From Pseudomonadales bacterium (GTDB lineage: Bacteria > Pseudomonadota > Gammaproteobacteria > Pseudomonadales > UBA7434), in the NCBI GenBank assembly GCA_049665845.1, contig JBATGO010000023.1, forward strand, positions 1 through 37,039: a stretch of DNA of 37,039 nt. Direction: 5' to 3'. Positions 9,292-18,970 of this stretch are shown here, one piece after another (within the stretch, counting starts at the first letter, position 1; each line of letters opens with the position of its first letter). The notes beneath the pieces are model-generated. The model saw only the letters and a program-made list of their open reading frames with translations, did no database searches and was not told the DNA's origin. A program made the position numbers and the translations under genes.

Positions 9292-10266
9292 ATGGGCGAA
9301 GTCGACCTGCCGCCTGCAATATGCCTTTGCGGCCCGACCGCCAGCGGTAAAACCGACCTTGCGCTGGCGCTGTCTGCGCGCCTGCCGGTCGAGGTAATCA
9401 GTGTCGATTCGGCGCAGGTGTTTCGCGGCATGGATATCGGCACCGCCAAGCCTGGCGCGGCGTTCCTGCAACAACTGCCGCATGCACTCATCGACATACG
9501 TGACCCCGACCAAAGCTATTCTGCCGCCGAATTCAGGCGCGATGCGCTGGCCGCAATGGCCGCGATCACCGCGCGCGGCAATATTCCGCTGCTGGTGGGC
9601 GGCACCATGCTGTATTTCAAGGCGCTGCGCGATGGACTCGCCAGGCTGCCCGCTGCCGACCCGGTCATTCGCGCGCAGATACTCGAGGACGCCAAACGGC
9701 AGGGCTGGCCCGCGATGCACCGACAACTCGCCGCGATCGACCCGCAGACCGCCGATTCGTTGCACCCGAACCATTCGCAGCGTATCCAGCGCGCGCTCGA
9801 GGTGTACTACAGCAGCGGCGCTACCCTTTCTGCCTTGCAGGCCGCGCAGGTTTCCGAGCCGCCGCCCTATCACTTGCTGCAGCTGGCGCTATGGAGCGAT
9901 GATCGGCAGGCGCTGCACCAGCGTATAGCTTTACGATTCGAAGCGATGCTGGACGCCGGGCTGGTCGACGAGTTGCGCGCTTTGCGTGAGGGCTTTGATT
10001 TGCACCCTAACCTGCCATCGATGCGCGCGGTGGGGTATCGCCAGGCCTGGCAGTTTTTACAGGGTGAGATAGACGCAAAGATGCTGCGTGCCGCGGGTAT
10101 CGCGGCGACCCGGCAGCTGGCCAAACGCCAGTTCACCTGGCTGCGAAAATGGCCGGATTTGCACAGACTTGCAGTGAATTTTGAAAATCATCGCCCGAAT
10201 GCGGAATTACTGCATGAAAAAGTGTCAAAAATTGAGGGCTTGCTGGCAAATCGACAAGTTTCGTGA
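9292..10266 (+). CDS. miaA: tRNA dimethylallyltransferase MiaA
   Basis: P-loop GPTASGKT, then [18 protein letters not shown] and [13 protein letters not shown], all typical of MiaA. Confidence 0.95.
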   Translation: MGEVDLPPAICLCGPTASGKTDLALALSARLPVEVISVDSAQVFRGMDIGTAKPGAAFLQQLPHALIDIRDPDQSYSAAEFRRDALAAMAAITARGNIPLLVGGTMLYFKALRDGLARLPAADPVIRAQILEDAKRQGWPAMHRQLAAIDPQTADSLHPNHSQRIQRALEVYYSSGATLSALQAAQVSEPPPYHLLQLALWSDDRQALHQRIALRFEAMLDAGLVDELRALREGFDLHPNLPSMRAVGYRQAWQFLQGEIDAKMLRAAGIAATRQLAKRQFTWLRKWPDLHRLAVNFENHRPNAELLHEKVSKIEGLLANRQVS

Positions 10267-10279
10267 GAATCGCTTGCGG

Positions 10280-10285
10280 TATAAT
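10280..10285 (+). promoter_or_regulatory. Candidate -10 hexamer (TATAAT) just after the miaA stop, upstream of hfq
   Basis: Perfect TATAAT lies 14 nt after the miaA stop and about 245 nt upstream of the hfq ATG. There is no convincing -35 (TCGACA sits 23 nt upstream, which is too far). Confidence 0.3.
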
Positions 10286-10528
10286 CCGCCGCCCTGCCGC
10301 GATAACCTGTCGGGATGGTCTTCCCCCTCAGGCTTAAGCCGCAGTGCCATGTCAGTGTAAAACGCCTTGGCGTGGCGCAGCCCGGAATCTTCCCGGCTTG
10401 CGCCAGCTGGAGGGTGTGATTTAGCCGGGCCGCGTTGGCCCAGACGTACTTTGTCGAGGCGCGCTGCATGGCAATAATTGGTCCGGGTTTGTTCGGACAC
10501 CTATCAACCCGCTTTTGGGAGAATGCAC

Positions 10529-10786
10529 ATGTCCAAGGGGCAGAGCCTACAAGACCCTTATCTCAACCTGCTGCGCAAGGAGCGCGTGCCGGTTTCCATT
10601 TATCTTGTCAACGGCATCAAGCTGCAGGGCCAGATCGAGTCGTTCGACCAGTTCGTGATCCTGCTGAAAAATACTGTCAGCCAGATGGTCTACAAGCACG
10701 CGGTGTCGACCGTGGTGCCAGGGCGCAACGTGCGCCTGCCGATGCAGCATCCGGGTGACGAAGACGATTCTGCCGGCAACGGGTAG
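10529..10786 (+). CDS. hfq: RNA chaperone Hfq
   Basis: [64 protein letters not shown] is near-canonical for the Hfq Sm1/Sm2 motifs. A GGGAGAA Shine-Dalgarno lies 6 nt upstream of ATG 10529. Confidence 0.97.
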   Translation: MSKGQSLQDPYLNLLRKERVPVSIYLVNGIKLQGQIESFDQFVILLKNTVSQMVYKHAVSTVVPGRNVRLPMQHPGDEDDSAGNG

Positions 10787-10967
10787 TCGTTGCCTGCCAG
10801 GCACCTCGCACCGGCTGGGCCACCACATTGCCGGGCGACCGAATTGTTGATGGGTGCGAAAACGCAGTCGTGGCAGGAGGTTTCCTGCTACTTATGCGAG
10901 CGTCGCAAAGTGAGCGCGGGCCTGCCCTGTGCGCCATACCGATGCGGGCTTTTTGGGAGCGCCAGGA

Positions 10968-12302
10968 TTGTTCTTTGAGCGACCCGAAGCGGGCGAACGC
11001 GCGCTGCTGGTGCATTGTCATTTCACCCGGGCCAAAGGTAATACGGTTGAAGACAGTGTCGAGGAGTTCGTCGAACTGGTGCGCGCCGCCGGCGTGAGCC
11101 CGGTATACCTCGAAGATACCCGCCGCGAAGAGCCTGCGCCCCGGTTTTTTATCGGTGCCGGTAAAGTCGACGAGCTGGCCGCGCTGGTGTGTGATCACGA
11201 GATTGACGTGGTGTTGTTCAACCATGCACTCAGTCCCTCACAAGAGCGCAACCTCGAACGCGTCCTGCAGTGCAAGGTGGTCGACCGCACCGGCCTTATC
11301 CTCGATATCTTTGCGCAGCGCGCGCGCAGTCATGCCGGCAAGTTGCAGGTAGAGCTTGCCCAGCTCGAGCACATTTCCACACGGCTGGTGCGCGGCTGGA
11401 CTCACCTTGAACGCCAGCGCGGCGGTATCGGCCTGCGCGGGCCGGGCGAATCGCAGCTCGAAACCGACCGCCGCCTGCTGCGCGAGCGTATCAAAACCAT
11501 CCGTCGCCGACTCGGGAAAATTGATGCGCAGCACCAGCAGGGTCGTCGCGCGCGCAATCGTGCCGGGCTGCCGACCATCGCGCTGGTCGGTTACACCAAC
11601 GCCGGTAAGTCGACCTTGTTCAACGCGCTTACCGCGGCCGATGTACTGGTCCGTGACCAGCTGTTTGCAACGCTTGATACCACCATGCGCGCGCTGCAGT
11701 TGCCGGGATTCGGCCGGGTCATCATTGCCGATACGGTAGGGTTTGTCAGCAACCTGCCGCACCAGCTGGTCGATGCCTTCAAGGCCACCCTGGATGAGGC
11801 CGCGGAGGCGGATCTGCTGTTGCACGTCATCGATGCGGCCGCTGTCGATATGCGTGAGCAGCTGCAGGCTGTGGAAACGGTGCTGGAAGAAATTGGCGCG
11901 GCGGAACTGCCGCGCGTCCTTGTGATGAACAAAAGTGACCTGCTTGGTGGTGATGAATTGGCGGCTACCAGTGATCTCGCACAGCGTGCCGCTGGTATGA
12001 ATGTAGGCGCAGGCCAGTGCGAGGATACGACCACGCAGCAGGTCTTTGTCTCGGCGCGCACAGGTGCAGGTCTCGAGCGGTTGCGCCGCGCGATTGTGGC
12101 GGCGCTCGATGGCGATCGCTGGTGCGGGGAAGTGCAGCTTTTACCCGCTGATACGCGCCTGCGCGCGCAATTGTTTGCGCTTGGTGCAGTGCGCAGTGAA
12201 CGCGCCGCTGAAGACGGTGGTTACCTGCTCGACCTGGACCATCGCAGGAAGGTGTTGCAGCGTGTGCTGGAGGCGGCCGGCAAAAGCCTGCCAGCGGTAT
12301 GA
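10968..12302 (+). CDS. hflX: GTPase HflX
   Basis: FERPEAGERALLVH is a typical HflX N-terminus. G motifs are present: GYTNAGKST, DTVGF, NKSD. The likely start is TTG 10968, with GGGAG 8 nt upstream. The ORF is open from GTG 10929. Confidence 0.9.
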   Translation: MFFERPEAGERALLVHCHFTRAKGNTVEDSVEEFVELVRAAGVSPVYLEDTRREEPAPRFFIGAGKVDELAALVCDHEIDVVLFNHALSPSQERNLERVLQCKVVDRTGLILDIFAQRARSHAGKLQVELAQLEHISTRLVRGWTHLERQRGGIGLRGPGESQLETDRRLLRERIKTIRRRLGKIDAQHQQGRRARNRAGLPTIALVGYTNAGKSTLFNALTAADVLVRDQLFATLDTTMRALQLPGFGRVIIADTVGFVSNLPHQLVDAFKATLDEAAEADLLLHVIDAAAVDMREQLQAVETVLEEIGAAELPRVLVMNKSDLLGGDELAATSDLAQRAAGMNVGAGQCEDTTTQQVFVSARTGAGLERLRRAIVAALDGDRWCGEVQLLPADTRLRAQLFALGAVRSERAAEDGGYLLDLDHRRKVLQRVLEAAGKSLPAV

Positions 12303-12411
12303 ATCGTGCAAGCGTTTCTTGTTACAATCGTGCGCCGCCAAGCGTCGTGCACATCTTGTGTGGTGCAAGTCGCGCAAAGAACGAACGCAGGTTTTCCCAA
12401 CGGAGTAGTCA

Positions 12412-13602
12412 ATGGTTGCAAATACCACGGTATTGAGCTCGGGTGATGATCGGGATCGCGACAAGCGTCGCGACGATCCCTGGAGCAGCCCGGAGCAGGG
12501 TCCGCCGGATCTCGATGAAGCGCTGAACAAAATGCGCGACCAGTTGCGCGGCATCTTTGGAGGCAAAGGCGGCGGCAAGGGTGGCAGTAGCCGTGGTCGC
12601 GGTGGCAGCGGCGGCCCCGGCCTGAGTGCAAGTGCAATCGGCATGGGCGCGCTGGTGCTGTTCGCAATCTGGCTGTTCGCCGGCATCTACCAGGTGGATG
12701 AAAAGGAACGCGGTGTGATTTTGCGACTGGGTCAATACCATGAGACGGTGGGGCCTGGCCTGCACTGGAACCCGGTATTTATCGACCAGCGCTTCACCGT
12801 GCTGGTTACGCAGGAGCAGGATTACTCGGCCCGCGGCCTGATGCTGACCAAGGATGAAAACATCGTCGAGGTGCCGATCTCGGTGCAGTACAACATTCCG
12901 GATCCCAAGGCCTTCGTGCTCAACGTGCGCGACCCGATTACCAGCCTTAAACATGCTACGGATTCTGCGCTGCGCCACGTGGTGGGCAGCACGATTTCCA
13001 GTGACGTGCTCTCCGAAGGCCGCCTGCTGATGGGCGGGGAGACCCAGGAGCGATTGCAGGCCTACCTCGATAATTACGCAACCGGCATCGCGATCACGCG
13101 TGTGAATATTCTCAAGGCAGAGCCACCTACGGCGGTGAAATCCGCATTTGACGATGTGATCGCGGCCAAGGAAGACAAGGAGCGCTTTGTTGCCGAGGCA
13201 GAAGCCTACGCCAACGGCGTGGTTCCCGAGGCGCGCGGTAAGGGGCAGCGTATTTTGCAGGAGGCGATCGGTTACCGTGATCGCCTGGTCGCCGAAGCCG
13301 AGGGTGACGCGCAACGCTTCGACCAGCTTTATGTCGAATATCGCAAGGCACCGGCGATTACCCGCGAGCGACTCTACGTGGATGCGCTGGAGCAGGTGAT
13401 GAGCAACGCGACAAAAGTGATGGTCGATGTGGAAGGCGGTAACAATTTGATGTACCTGCCGCTCGATAAACTCATGACGCAGAGTAGCGTTACCGGCCAG
13501 GCCGTGGCCAACGAGGCTGATTTGGCCGGCAAAATTGCCCGCGAGGTGCTCGAGCAAATTCGCCGCGAGCAAACCCGCACGCGCCGTTCGGAGGGTCGCT
13601 AA
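12412..13602 (+). CDS. hflK: FtsH protease modulator HflK (SPFH/band-7)
   Basis: Gly-rich N-terminal tail, one TM helix (GALVLFAIWLFAGIY), then an SPFH domain (VDEKERGVILRLGQY...). GGAG lies upstream of the ATG. Confidence 0.93.
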   Translation: MVANTTVLSSGDDRDRDKRRDDPWSSPEQGPPDLDEALNKMRDQLRGIFGGKGGGKGGSSRGRGGSGGPGLSASAIGMGALVLFAIWLFAGIYQVDEKERGVILRLGQYHETVGPGLHWNPVFIDQRFTVLVTQEQDYSARGLMLTKDENIVEVPISVQYNIPDPKAFVLNVRDPITSLKHATDSALRHVVGSTISSDVLSEGRLLMGGETQERLQAYLDNYATGIAITRVNILKAEPPTAVKSAFDDVIAAKEDKERFVAEAEAYANGVVPEARGKGQRILQEAIGYRDRLVAEAEGDAQRFDQLYVEYRKAPAITRERLYVDALEQVMSNATKVMVDVEGGNNLMYLPLDKLMTQSSVTGQAVANEADLAGKIAREVLEQIRREQTRTRRSEGR

Positions 13603-14474
13603 TGTCCAGTCGCCTGTCTTTGTTTGCGCTGCTCGCAGCGCTGGTGTTGCTGGTTCTCTCCAGTTCGCTTTATCGCGTGATGGAAACCGAAACTGCGGTC
13701 AAACTGCGCTTTGGTGAGCTGGTCCAGTCGAGAATTCCGCCTGGCCTGCACGTAAAAATTCCGCTTGCTGATGTGATTCGCAAGGTAGACCAGCGGTTGC
13801 TGACGCTGGATGCCCGCCCGGAAAGCTTTTACACGCTCGAGAAAAAACGGCTCGAAGTCGATTCCTTCGTGAAATGGCGAGTCGATGATGTCGGTGTGTA
13901 TTACAAGGCCACCAACGGTGACGAGGCGCGCGCAACGGCATTGCTTGCCAACCGTGTCAACGATAACCTGCGTAACGAAATCGGTACCCGTACCTTGCAT
14001 GAAGTTGTCGCCGGCGAGCGCGACCAGATGATGGCGAAGCTTACCGCCGGGCTCGACAGTTCGGCGCGCACCGAACTCGGCGTGGAGATTATCGATGTGC
14101 GGATCAAGCGCATTGACTTCCCGCAGGAGGTGCGTTCCGCCGTGTTCGATCGCATGCGGGCAGATCGCGAAAAGGAAGCCAGGCAGTATCGCTCCGAAGG
14201 GCTTGAGCTGGCCGAGAAAATTCGTGCCGATGCCGATCGCGAAAAAGTCGTGATCGAGGCGGAGGCCTATCGTGAAGCCGAGCAGACCCGCGGTGAGGGC
14301 GATGCCAAGGCGGCCGCGATCTACGCGACGGCCTACAGCAAGGACCAGGAGTTTTACGCGTTTCTGCGTCGCCTGAATGCGTACCAGAAAGCCTTCGCCA
14401 ACAAGGGCGACATCATGCTGGTCGACCCGAAAAGCGACTTTTTCCGTTACCTGAAGAACGTCGACGGCAAATAA
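13602..14474 (+). CDS. hflC: FtsH protease modulator HflC (SPFH/band-7)
   Basis: The start overlaps the hflK stop (TAATG). One N-terminal TM helix is followed by an SPFH domain and a charged coiled-coil segment (RADREKEARQYRSEG...). Confidence 0.93.
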   Translation: MSSRLSLFALLAALVLLVLSSSLYRVMETETAVKLRFGELVQSRIPPGLHVKIPLADVIRKVDQRLLTLDARPESFYTLEKKRLEVDSFVKWRVDDVGVYYKATNGDEARATALLANRVNDNLRNEIGTRTLHEVVAGERDQMMAKLTAGLDSSARTELGVEIIDVRIKRIDFPQEVRSAVFDRMRADREKEARQYRSEGLELAEKIRADADREKVVIEAEAYREAEQTRGEGDAKAAAIYATAYSKDQEFYAFLRRLNAYQKAFANKGDIMLVDPKSDFFRYLKNVDGK

Positions 14475-14494
14475 GCGCCGATCCGGGTTTGCGC

Positions 14495-14520
14495 AAGCCG
14501 GGCCTCGCCCGGCTTTTTTA
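14495..14520 (+). terminator. Rho-independent terminator after hflC
   Basis: AAGCCGGGC (14495-14503), loop CTC, GCCCGGCTT (14507-14515), then TTTT. This is a perfect 9-bp GC-rich stem plus a T-run, 21 nt after the hflC stop. Confidence 0.85.
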
Positions 14521-14562
14521 TGCGCCGCACGGCCGGCGCGATGCAAGCGACCTGCAGTGGGC

Positions 14563-14670
14563 GCGCCTGCGGCGTAGTTGTAAAGCGCCGGCGGCTTAAG
14601 GTGGGAGGCGCCGGCGGCTTAATGCGGGGAACGCCTGCGGCGTAATACCCGTAAAGCGCCTGTTGGGTAA
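14563..14670. repeat. Five tandem ~23-bp repeats with a palindromic GC core (REP-like array)
   Basis: The motif GCGCC-K-GCGGC-K-TAR starts at 14563, 14585, 14608, 14631 and 14656 (periods 22, 23, 23, 25). Copies 2 and 3 are identical 15-mers (GCGCCGGCGGCTTAA). Copies 1 and 4 share CGCCTGCGGCGTA. The cores are CGCCGGCG or CGCC-TGC-GGCG mini-palindromes. Confidence 0.8.
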
Positions 14671-14767
14671 AGCCGGTAATTAGTCCCGCAGCATAATCGC
14701 GTCAAGCTCGGTAAAATTGTGCCAATAGCCGGTCTGCCCGCAATTCCCTGCTGTCAGGCCTGCCACA

Positions 14768-14818
14768 GCAATGCGCCAGGAACTGCAATGCCTTACAAAC
14801 TGCAATGCTCCAGGAACT
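14768..14818 (+). repeat. Three in-phase 17-bp tandem repeats spanning the DUF2065 start codon
   Basis: GCAATGCGCCAGGAACT (14768-14784), GCAATGCCTTACAAACT (14785-14801), GCAATGCTCCAGGAACT (14802-14818). Units 1 and 3 differ at one base. Each unit contains an ATG. Confidence 0.9.
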
Positions 14819-14990
14819 GATCGTCGCGGCCTGCCTGGTGCTGGTGCTTGAAGGGATGCTGCCGTTTCTCTCGCCGTCGAGCTGGCGCGAGGCCTTGCGC
14901 AGCCTGATCACTTTAAGCGACCGCCAGATTCGTTGCGCGGGGCTTGCCAGCATGCTGGTTGGGGTACTGCTGCTTTATTTTTTTAACTGA
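14805..14990 (+). CDS. yjeT: DUF2065 small membrane protein (YjeT family)
   Basis: The 61-aa product MLQELIVAACLVLVLEGMLPFLSP... shares the LVLVLEG core and two-TM layout of E. coli YjeT. It sits in the same position, downstream of hflC. No obvious Shine-Dalgarno. Confidence 0.75.
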   Translation: MLQELIVAACLVLVLEGMLPFLSPSSWREALRSLITLSDRQIRCAGLASMLVGVLLLYFFN

Positions 14991-15119
14991 GTGCGCGCTG
15001 TGTGCCAGCGCATTATCGCTGCACTGCATTGCGAGCGCGGCCGTTGCAGGATGCTGCCGCCCGTGTGCTGTCTTTTCAGGTTGCGGCGGCAGGCATAATC
15101 AATTTTTGCGAGAGATAAC

Positions 15120-16433
15120 ATGACAGGCAAAGACCGCTGGTTGCTCCCGGAGGGCATCGAGGAGCTGTTGCCCGCCGAGGCGGCGGTGGCCGAGCGCGTG
15201 CGCCGCAATATTCTTGACCTGTTTCGCAGCTGGGGCTACCAGTTCGTCATGCCACCACTGGTTGAATTTACCGATTCGCTGTTGATTGGCCTCGGTGAGG
15301 ACGTCGCGCTGCAAAGTTTCAGGTTAACCGACCAGCTCAGTGGCAAGCCGATGGCGATTCGTGCCGATATCACCCCGCAAACGGCGCGCATCGACGCGCA
15401 CAGCATGCGTGCAACCGGCGTTAACCGGCTGTGTTACGCGGGCAGTGTGTTGTACACGCGGCCACAAGCGCTGCGTGGCTCGCGCTGCCCGATCCAGGCG
15501 GGCGCCGAACTGTATGGCGATGCGTCGACCAATGGTGACATCGAAATTATTTCGCTGATGCTCGACATGCTCGAGAACGTGATGAATGGCAGCGTGATCG
15601 ACGGTAAAGCCACGCCTGCAGTACAGGCCGCCGGCAGCGCCCATTCGTTGCAGGGCCTGACACTCGATCTCGGCCATGTCGGTATTTACAGCGCCGCAGT
15701 CAGCGCAATGCGTTCGCTGCAGCCGGATCTCGAAGATACCGTGCTTGCGCAGTTCAATAATGCCATGCAGCGTAAATCTGCCCCGGACTTGCGGGCGCTG
15801 ACTGCACTGCACTTCAATGATACGGCGTTCGCTGAAGCGCTCTGCGCGCTGCCGCTGCTTTGTGGCGGGCGCGAAGTGCTGCAGGAGGCGCGCGCGCTGA
15901 TGCCCGCATTATCGCTGCCATCAGGCGCGGCGATACAGGATTTTGAGCGCGCGCTGCGCGAGCTGGAGACGGTTGCCGATGCCATTGCACCGCGCTTCCC
16001 GGATGTGGATATATATTTTGATCTCACCGAGTTGCGCGGTTTTTCCTACCACACGGGCCTGGTGTTTGCCGCATACTCGGCAGGCCATGGCACTGCCCTG
16101 GCCAACGGCGGGCGTTACGACGAGGTCGGCAAAGTGTTTGGCGCTGCCCGGCCAGCGACCGGATTCAATACCGATGTCAAAGCGCTCATCCGCTGCGTCC
16201 ACGCAGCACACGTAGCGAATGCGGCCGGCGCGCCTAAGCCGGCCCTGTGTGATGAGGCGATTGCCGCGCCGAAAACAGGCGACGCTGCGCTATGGCGCAA
16301 GGTCTGTGATTTGCGCAGAAGCGGGGAGATCGTGGTCGCTGTCGACGACAGTGACCTGCCGCGCTATCGCCGGCGACTGCTGGCAGCAAAAGGTTCGTGG
16401 GTAGTGCAGGCGCACACCCTGAAAAATAGTTAA
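15120..16433 (+). CDS. hisZ: ATP phosphoribosyltransferase regulatory subunit HisZ
   Basis: WLLPEGIEELLP...WGYQFVMPPLVEF...LTDQLSGKPMAIRADITPQ...GGRYD match the HisRS-like HisZ fold. GAGAGA lies upstream of the ATG. It sits directly upstream of purA, as in many non-enteric gammaproteobacteria. Confidence 0.9.
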   Translation: MTGKDRWLLPEGIEELLPAEAAVAERVRRNILDLFRSWGYQFVMPPLVEFTDSLLIGLGEDVALQSFRLTDQLSGKPMAIRADITPQTARIDAHSMRATGVNRLCYAGSVLYTRPQALRGSRCPIQAGAELYGDASTNGDIEIISLMLDMLENVMNGSVIDGKATPAVQAAGSAHSLQGLTLDLGHVGIYSAAVSAMRSLQPDLEDTVLAQFNNAMQRKSAPDLRALTALHFNDTAFAEALCALPLLCGGREVLQEARALMPALSLPSGAAIQDFERALRELETVADAIAPRFPDVDIYFDLTELRGFSYHTGLVFAAYSAGHGTALANGGRYDEVGKVFGAARPATGFNTDVKALIRCVHAAHVANAAGAPKPALCDEAIAAPKTGDAALWRKVCDLRRSGEIVVAVDDSDLPRYRRRLLAAKGSWVVQAHTLKNS

Positions 16434-17756
<1,323 letters not shown>

Positions 17757-17882
17757 CTCGGCAAACTATACTCGGTGTCGAGCAGGCAAAGCCGGATTTG
17801 TGTGTGAGATAGCAGGGCGTTACGCGGGAATTTTCGCATCAGCAGCAAGACATTGAAGAGATAAGAGGGAACCATAACATTA

Positions 17883-18962
17883 ATGACATCGACTAATGCA
17901 CAAGGAGCGATCGTTGCAAAGCCCGCTTCCATATTAGCGCCAAACAACGTGCTAATCGGGCTGTTAAAACACGCGATTAACAGCGGCAATTATTTCCGCG
18001 ACTTCAGGACCCGGGCGCTACTCTGCGTCGCTGCAGCGTCAATCCTGCTCTGCCTGCCAACCCTGGCGGTTGACTTGGTCAATGGCAATCTTGCACTGGT
18101 GCTTATCAGCGGCCTCGGCGGGCTGGCCATGATTATTGCGGTGGGCGCAATGCTTCTTAACCAACGCGTCGAATTGGGCGTCAATATCGTTCTGCTTACG
18201 CTTACGGCGATGATGTGTGCGCTGCTGTTTGCACGCCAGGGCGCAACCCTGGGCTTTTATGTTGGCATTCCCGCGGTTCTTTTTCTTGCGAATTTACTTG
18301 CCAGCCGGTCGCTGGCGATCGTGTACTGGTTGCTCTGTGCGGCGCTGCTGGCGCTCGCCGCTTATCTCGGTCATGCGCACTGGCAAACTGTTATTGATAT
18401 GCGAGACCCCGTTATCGCCGCAGGCGGCTTGCGCATCGGCTTGATCATATTATTTTTTAATCTGCTGACCGTGATGGTTTTTCGCGATTCGATACGCGAT
18501 TTACTTCGCGATTTTCAGGCAAAGAAGGCAGAGGTTGCCAGGATCAATGCGAAGCTTGCGCAAACTATTCATGAAAAGCAGGCCTGGGTCAGCGCGTTGG
18601 GACGTATCCACGATGCCGGCCTCGCCATAGCCTGGTGGTACGACTCTAAGACTGGCCTGTTGCAGTACACGGCGGGTTCAGCCGCTGATGGCAACACGCA
18701 TGCGGTAGTGAAAACGGTGAAGCAGGAAGACCGTGATGCGCTGGATTCGCACAGCTGGCAGGCGAAAATTCTCGACGCGATTGCATCGGCTGGCATGCAT
18801 CCGCACAGTTGGGCGCGCGAAATTCGCGGCGTAGACAAAGATCGCGGGGAGACGCGCTGGTATGCGTTGTCGGCGGATGTTGCGTTTGCCGATACAGGCG
18901 GGGTTCAGGTAATCGGCACCCTGCAGGACATCACCGCGCAAAAAAACCTGCAAACCGGTTAG
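17883..18962 (+). CDS. Polytopic membrane protein with a C-terminal PAS-like domain and no output domain
   Basis: 359-aa ORF with AGAGGGA upstream of the ATG. About six hydrophobic helices fall between aa 45 and 200, followed by a charged helix (RDLLRDFQAKKAEVARINAKLAQTIHEKQ). A PAS-like module then ends in ...VIGTLQDITAQKNLQTG. The domain call is by eye only. Confidence 0.7.
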   Translation: MTSTNAQGAIVAKPASILAPNNVLIGLLKHAINSGNYFRDFRTRALLCVAAASILLCLPTLAVDLVNGNLALVLISGLGGLAMIIAVGAMLLNQRVELGVNIVLLTLTAMMCALLFARQGATLGFYVGIPAVLFLANLLASRSLAIVYWLLCAALLALAAYLGHAHWQTVIDMRDPVIAAGGLRIGLIILFFNLLTVMVFRDSIRDLLRDFQAKKAEVARINAKLAQTIHEKQAWVSALGRIHDAGLAIAWWYDSKTGLLQYTAGSAADGNTHAVVKTVKQEDRDALDSHSWQAKILDAIASAGMHPHSWAREIRGVDKDRGETRWYALSADVAFADTGGVQVIGTLQDITAQKNLQTG

Positions 18963-18970
18963 AGGCGTTG

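Noticed and set aside
10435-11097. ORFs 10435..10758, 10790..10978 and 10828..11097 around hfq and in the hfq-hflX spacer
   Set aside because: They overlap hfq or hflX in alternative frames or sit in the spacer without an RBS. Their translations are Arg/Pro/Ala-rich GC artefacts.
12409-14546. Two near full-length antisense ORFs (12409..13572, 387 aa; 13599..14546, 315 aa) mirroring hflK and hflC
   Set aside because: This is the same shadow-ORF effect. The sense strand encodes textbook SPFH proteins with RBSs and a terminator. The antisense products are low-complexity with no start-site signals. The same reasoning covers 3600..4520, 9283..9873, 25475..26353, 25573..26475, 28493..29194 and 29925..30767.
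14702-14953. 83-aa minus-strand ORF opposite the DUF2065 gene
   Set aside because: The plus-strand product matches the YjeT family (LVLVLEG core, two TM helices, conserved position). The antisense product has no recognisable features.
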